This document shows, in pieces, positions 59,412 to 64,000 of a stretch of 64,000 nucleotides of DNA. The notes under the pieces are model-generated. The model was not told the DNA's origin. It made no database searches and worked only from the letters and a program-made list of their open reading frames with translations. Location: contig JAHFFY010000008.1 in assembly GCA_023247705.1 (NCBI GenBank), positions 664 through 64,663 on the forward strand. Reading direction: 5' to 3'. Source of the DNA: Candidatus Omnitrophota bacterium (GTDB lineage: Bacteria > Omnitrophota > Gorgyraeia > Zapsychrales > JAHFFX01). The position numbers were made by a program, and so were the translations under genes. Within the stretch, counting starts at the first letter, position 1; every line of letters starts with the position of its first letter.

Positions 59412-59972
59412 CTAACGAACCGCATGCGTCGACAACACATCAATCTGGTCTTCCCGGAACGAACCCAATCCGATCAATTTCCAATGACCTTGCGGCGGTT
59501 TTTGGGAATCAACCACGTACAATCCGGCGACAAACCGGACTTCCACCGGTGCGGGACTTTTAGGATATAGTTTACGAAAACGCTGCGCGACCCATTGCGC
59601 CAATTGCGCCCGGGTGTCTTGGGTCTTGCGCTCGTAGTCGACGATGTTCGTGCCGAAATACAGGATCTCAAAAAATCGGGTCCGATAGCCGAACGTCTTG
59701 AGACGAAAATATTCTTTTTCCGGCAGCGTGCGCCAGGCGGTTTCTCCTTCCAGCCGGACCTGGATGTAAGGCATCGCCCACACCGGCACGCTGTGGGTAA
59801 AAAGATTGCCGATACTCTGTAAATAGCGGACAAACGAAGGAAACAATTGGATTTTCTTTAACGTCAAACCCGTGTAGAGGGTTGGGAGCGTCCAACACAA
59901 AAGAAAAAAAACGCACAAGCAAAGGTCCTTTGGTGTGGGACGGACTGCCGGTTGGCCTTGATTGTTTTTCAT
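59412..59972 (-). CDS. Single-TM partner of the HTTM protein (SdpA/DUF5819-like, tentative)
   Basis: N-terminal TM, LF motif, C-terminal P.EVRF; located directly 5' of the HTTM gene. Confidence 0.5.
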   Translation of the reverse strand: MKNNQGQPAVRPTPKDLCLCVFFLLCWTLPTLYTGLTLKKIQLFPSFVRYLQSIGNLFTHSVPVWAMPYIQVRLEGETAWRTLPEKEYFRLKTFGYRTRFFEILYFGTNIVDYERKTQDTRAQLAQWVAQRFRKLYPKSPAPVEVRFVAGLYVVDSQKPPQGHWKLIGLGSFREDQIDVLSTHAVR

Positions 59973-59992
59973 AACGGAATGGATTAGAAATT

Positions 59993-61060
59993 TTATTTAA
60001 CCAATCCCAGATTTTTGCTTAACGGTTTTTGCCGCAGTTTCCAGATGATCCCGTCGACAATGTAATGATGAAAATTGATCGTCTGATAAACGATCATCGC
60101 CAACGGCAGAGTCGTTTTAAAAAACCCGATGACATGATCTATGGAATTATAAACGACCGTTGAGATCGCCAGGCAGACCGCGTAATAGATCACGACATTC
60201 TTGGTCTGGCTGATCGTGGAGAGAAACCGGTGATGGGGATCGATGCCGTTTTTAAAACGGTTGTTGTTGAACATCCAGACCAGGACCACATACTGCGCGT
60301 TGTGCCAGACATTCAGGCACAACCAGCCATAATTGATATCGCTGATCAAAATATAGCCGGCGGTAAAAACAACGATGTGCGAAATCATGTACAGGCTGTA
60401 TCCCAGACGGAACCGCCCTTGTTTCAAATCAATAAACTGCTGGATGAGCCACCAGAAAAGAATAACGACACAGAAATTCAACAAAATCTTCACCGCCCAA
60501 AAGGGCACCGGGAGCACGCGCAATTCCATCCCCAAAAATATCCCCGGATTTTGATAAGACCTCCAGGCGATGCCAGCCAACGGTAGTCCATAAATCACCA
60601 GTTGTTCAAGGAGGGCATTGTCCTGCGGCCCGAGGTTTGTCTTGCGCCGGTAAATCCGCGCGATCCCGAAACTCTGACGGGTGTAATGAAACCATTGCCA
60701 GTACAAATACGTGGTCGCCAAAATCCACGGCCCCAGGAATAATGCCGCCGCCACGGTAAAGACCACAATGATCCACGGAAGCCAGACAATCAAAAATTTA
60801 TTTTCTTTAAAACTCTCCAGATCAAATGTCAGCCGGGTGAACGTCGCGACCACGTGGTGATATCCCAGAACCCAGAGGTCCAAAAAAAGGATCGTCGGAA
60901 ACATCCGCGGATCCCGGACGCAAATCCAGGCGGAGACAACCGACAGAAAAGCAATCGCGACAATAAAAATCATGTCGAACCCCAGTCCCCGGATCCAACC
61001 AAACGGATTCACCTGAGGACTTAACTTTAACATGCCGTCCTTCCCGACCTGATGCTCCAT
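59993..61060 (-). CDS. Polytopic membrane protein with conserved His motifs
   Basis: GYHHVVATFTR, WQWFHYTRQSFGI, WHNAQY, FHHYIVDGIIWKLR. Confidence 0.75.
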   Translation of the reverse strand: MEHQVGKDGMLKLSPQVNPFGWIRGLGFDMIFIVAIAFLSVVSAWICVRDPRMFPTILFLDLWVLGYHHVVATFTRLTFDLESFKENKFLIVWLPWIIVVFTVAAALFLGPWILATTYLYWQWFHYTRQSFGIARIYRRKTNLGPQDNALLEQLVIYGLPLAGIAWRSYQNPGIFLGMELRVLPVPFWAVKILLNFCVVILFWWLIQQFIDLKQGRFRLGYSLYMISHIVVFTAGYILISDINYGWLCLNVWHNAQYVVLVWMFNNNRFKNGIDPHHRFLSTISQTKNVVIYYAVCLAISTVVYNSIDHVIGFFKTTLPLAMIVYQTINFHHYIVDGIIWKLRQKPLSKNLGLVK

Positions 61061-61092
61061 CTACCACTCCTTAAAAAACCATCCGCCGATTT

Positions 61093-62808
61093 TCATTGCA
61101 CTGAGTTTTCGGGTATTCGATAAATCTCAAATCGTCCGATCTTCTGTTCAAATTGATAATGCCCTTTGACGTAGGCCATGATCGCCTTGGACCAGACCGT
61201 GTGACGTTTGTCGTTGGTCCGTTCGATGATTAGCTTCACTGGTGCAGTCTTGAGTTGTTCCATGACCGCCCTGAAATCCTCTTCGCTCTGGATCCCCTGT
61301 TCGGTGCTGAAAAAGCGGAACGGATTTTTCCGGGCGCTCAAAAAATATAATTCCGCGTTGTTGGGCACGGCGAAAATTTGGTCCGTTGACAGCGTCTCTT
61401 CTTCGATCAACCGGATCAGCGGCCGGTAAACCGCCAAGTCCGCCGGATCAATCCACAGGTGATTGCGCGACAGGGCGTAACCGGCGAACGCGAACGGGAT
61501 CCGCTCCCCTTTGATAAAATCCCTAAACAAAGGCTGTCCGGCGTGAAAATACAGCCCCACCCCGCACAGAACGGAAAACACAAACCCGATGAGATATTTG
61601 GCTTGGCTATTTCGTTCGCAAAAAATCCATAGGATCCCCAGCATCGCGCAGGAGATCGTAAAAAAAAGATAACTATTGACCTGGTTATGCAGCGATACGA
61701 TCGAATAAAAAATAGCGATCAGTGGAATCGCGTAAACCTTTTCTTTTCTCTCCGGAGAAAACAGCACAAAACGGAACAAAAGAAAAAAATTAAAAACCGA
61801 CATGAGCGGGATCAAGACCCAGTAAAAACCGTTGAGCACATCCGCAAGTGATTTCCATTGAAAAAGATTTAATAGCCCGCTGGCAATCAGGTATCCGTAA
61901 CTCTCCGTGCTCAAAAATTCCTGTTTGGAAACAACCAGCACCGCACGCACCCCGGACTGCTCGATCCACGCCCACAGCGATCCGTGGATCATATGATAAA
62001 CAAGGATGGGCAAAATTGCAAGAACGGCCCCTCCAATCAATCCCTTGAGGATAGCGAAAAATTTTAGGTTGGGGATCCGGACATTCAACCAGGCCCACAA
62101 CAAAATCAGCAACGGCCAGATCCCGAACAAAATGAAACCGATCGGGTTTGTTGTTTTGTTTAGATAAAACGCCAATGCCCCGAACATCACGATGATCAAT
62201 AGACGGGCCCAGGAGAACTGATCATCGTCTTCCTGCGATTGGTCTTCGAGTAACAAATAGACAACCACCCCCATCGCTAAAAGGATCCCGGACAACTGCC
62301 GGAATAGATACGTCAGCATCAAAAAAATTCCTATGACAAAACGACGGCCTTGGACCTTGGGCGGGACAACAGTCAAAAAACAAACGGTGACGATGGTCAA
62401 AAACAAACAATACCAATGATGATTGGGGTCAAGAAACTGAAAAACACCCAGGCTTGTGGGCAAAAGGGACGCGATCAGCCCGAAAGAACTTTGGAACCGG
62501 ACAAATACAAGAAAAAGCAGACCGCTTTGAATCAAGGTGATCGCCATCAAAGGAAAACGCAGACTGACAAAATCCTTGCCGAATAATTCAAAGGCCCAGG
62601 CGTTGATGAAATTTAAATAGCCGGGATGAAAATCAACGATATCCTTTTCAAAGACCTCTCCCTCGGCCATCCGGTCGGCGATATGGGCGAAGGTACCGGA
62701 ATCCTGCGGCCACCAAAACCGATTATAAAAATGGCTGATCAAAAGGACATGAATAATCACCATCAGAACAAAGCCTAAAATTTTGGGTAACGCATGACTT
62801 GTTTTCAA
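61093..62808 (-). CDS. GT-C-like polytopic membrane protein
   Basis: D.G.....A.R...GE...KD..DFHPG, L.RQ..G, many TMs, C-terminal LYFLS.R.NP.RF. Confidence 0.7.
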   Translation of the reverse strand: MKTSHALPKILGFVLMVIIHVLLISHFYNRFWWPQDSGTFAHIADRMAEGEVFEKDIVDFHPGYLNFINAWAFELFGKDFVSLRFPLMAITLIQSGLLFLVFVRFQSSFGLIASLLPTSLGVFQFLDPNHHWYCLFLTIVTVCFLTVVPPKVQGRRFVIGIFLMLTYLFRQLSGILLAMGVVVYLLLEDQSQEDDDQFSWARLLIIVMFGALAFYLNKTTNPIGFILFGIWPLLILLWAWLNVRIPNLKFFAILKGLIGGAVLAILPILVYHMIHGSLWAWIEQSGVRAVLVVSKQEFLSTESYGYLIASGLLNLFQWKSLADVLNGFYWVLIPLMSVFNFFLLFRFVLFSPERKEKVYAIPLIAIFYSIVSLHNQVNSYLFFTISCAMLGILWIFCERNSQAKYLIGFVFSVLCGVGLYFHAGQPLFRDFIKGERIPFAFAGYALSRNHLWIDPADLAVYRPLIRLIEEETLSTDQIFAVPNNAELYFLSARKNPFRFFSTEQGIQSEEDFRAVMEQLKTAPVKLIIERTNDKRHTVWSKAIMAYVKGHYQFEQKIGRFEIYRIPENSVQ

Positions 62809-62833
62809 AACAAAAACCTTAACCTAATTTGTG

Positions 62834-62966
62834 TTTATGGAACCCACCGGGCATGCCCGTAAGACCTTGGTTTGCCCTTCGGGATTTTTACAATGCGTCC
62901 CTCTTATGAGAGGGTTCCATCCCCAGCCATGCTCCCACGGCCATGGCCGTGGTACAAGTCGAGGGA
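62834..62966. repeat. REP-doublet-like element (long form of 37161-37220)
   Basis: TTTATGGAACCCACCGGGCATGCCCGT...GGGTTCCAT...CCACGGCCATGGCCGTGGTACAAGTCGAGGGA. Confidence 0.65.
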
Positions 62967-62988
62967 TGGCATTTTTCTGGATTAAGGG

Positions 62989-64000
62989 CTATAACGCAAA
63001 ATTCATCCGCAGATCCGATTGCCGTTGCTCTTCATCATCGATATAAATCCGGTAAAAATTCTGGTCATCGCCCGGACCGCTGCGATAAATGACCAGATTG
63101 TACAATCCCGGACGGGTGTTAATCAAGGGCGTAAATGAAAATTTTATGACCACTCCTTTTTCATTCGCAGTGATGGCCCGAGAAGGAACCGGCTGTGACA
63201 TGTAATTTTTTCCAACAGGGATCCAGGATTTCCCGTCCTTGTCCAACGTATAGACATACGCGATCAAACTATCCTGCGGATCCCCCACTTTATAAATACG
63301 CATCGCAATGTTTTGAATCGCAGTCTCGATCCATTCTTTTCTCCCGGCGTACAGATAAAGCCGTTCTTTCGTCCCGATATTCCTGATCCCATCCGACAGG
63401 AATTTTTGATCCTCCTGGGCTGATTGCACAACCGCATTAAAATCCTGACGCAACATCGCGGTATCCAGCAGCCATACTTTTTCTTTAGCGGGATTTCGCC
63501 GGGCAAACTGATCCAAAATCAAGGCCCGGTAGGAGAGGATCTCTTCTTCCTGCATCCACAGACCGCTTGAGGCCAGCGTTGGAAACGAGGCGACGGCGTA
63601 CTTGGATAATTTTTTGCTACGGATCAAGGCGTTCAAATAAATATCCAGATCAAAGTCAGCATAGTCGCTGGTCATGGCCAGATAAAGCGAATCGCCGCTC
63701 ACCGGCGGCACAACAATATAGCCGTCCTTCGCCTGCAGAATATTGTCGATCGAATCGATTTGGGCTGTTTGCAGAAACCCCGGGTTCAAACACGCGATCA
63801 GATATTTTTTGAGCGGATGATGACCGTAGGTATAAACGTGCCGTATCTCTTTCTTCATCAATTCCCGGGATAAAAAGGTCGTGGCCATCCGGGATGGATA
63901 AACATCGTTTAAAAACGTGTAGCCATTGCAAAAGACATGGATCAAGCCGACGATCGATAATAAAAAAATGGAAGCGCCTTTAATCCAGACCGAAAGCTTC
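62989..64000 (-). CDS. C-terminal part of a probable membrane protein (start likely outside the window)
   Basis: Frame is open from the window end (SFRSGLKALPFFLLSIVGLIH...) into the 318-aa ORF. Confidence 0.65.
   Translation of the reverse strand, partial: KLSVWIKGASIFLLSIVGLIHVFCNGYTFLNDVYPSRMATTFLSRELMKKEIRHVYTYGHHPLKKYLIACLNPGFLQTAQIDSIDNILQAKDGYIVVPPVSGDSLYLAMTSDYADFDLDIYLNALIRSKKLSKYAVASFPTLASSGLWMQEEEILSYRALILDQFARRNPAKEKVWLLDTAMLRQDFNAVVQSAQEDQKFLSDGIRNIGTKERLYLYAGRKEWIETAIQNIAMRIYKVGDPQDSLIAYVYTLDKDGKSWIPVGKNYMSQPVPSRAITANEKGVVIKFSFTPLINTRPGLYNLVIYRSGPGDDQNFYRIYIDDEEQRQSDLRMNFAL

Overview
Bacterial (diderm) chromosomal window of roughly 60 genes, mostly on the minus strand. Gene style suggests an uncultured PVC-group lineage such as Omnitrophota, but this is inference. 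Housekeeping content: a complete F1Fo ATP synthase operon (atpZ-B-E-F-H-A-G-D-C), uppP, type II NADH dehydrogenase, crcB, dnaX-recR, tRNA-Asn(GTT) and a MoxR/DUF58/transglutaminase operon. Accessory content: an atypical chaperone-usher-like fimbrial operon, a convergent two-partner secretion pair, a PHM-like copper monooxygenase, an orphan RES protein, an HTTM/SdpA-like module, several pseudogenes and several families of intergenic palindromic repeats. The most striking signal is at 3306-3550. It is a c-di-GMP-I (GEMM) riboswitch with all core motifs recognisable but expanded to about 245 nt, by a 56-nt two-hairpin insertion next to the ligand-binding junction and a ~105-nt P3 extension. It precedes a small secreted gene that converges on the fimbrial operon. 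No CRISPR array, rRNA or intact transposase was seen. All product calls come from motif recognition by eye; no database searches were run.
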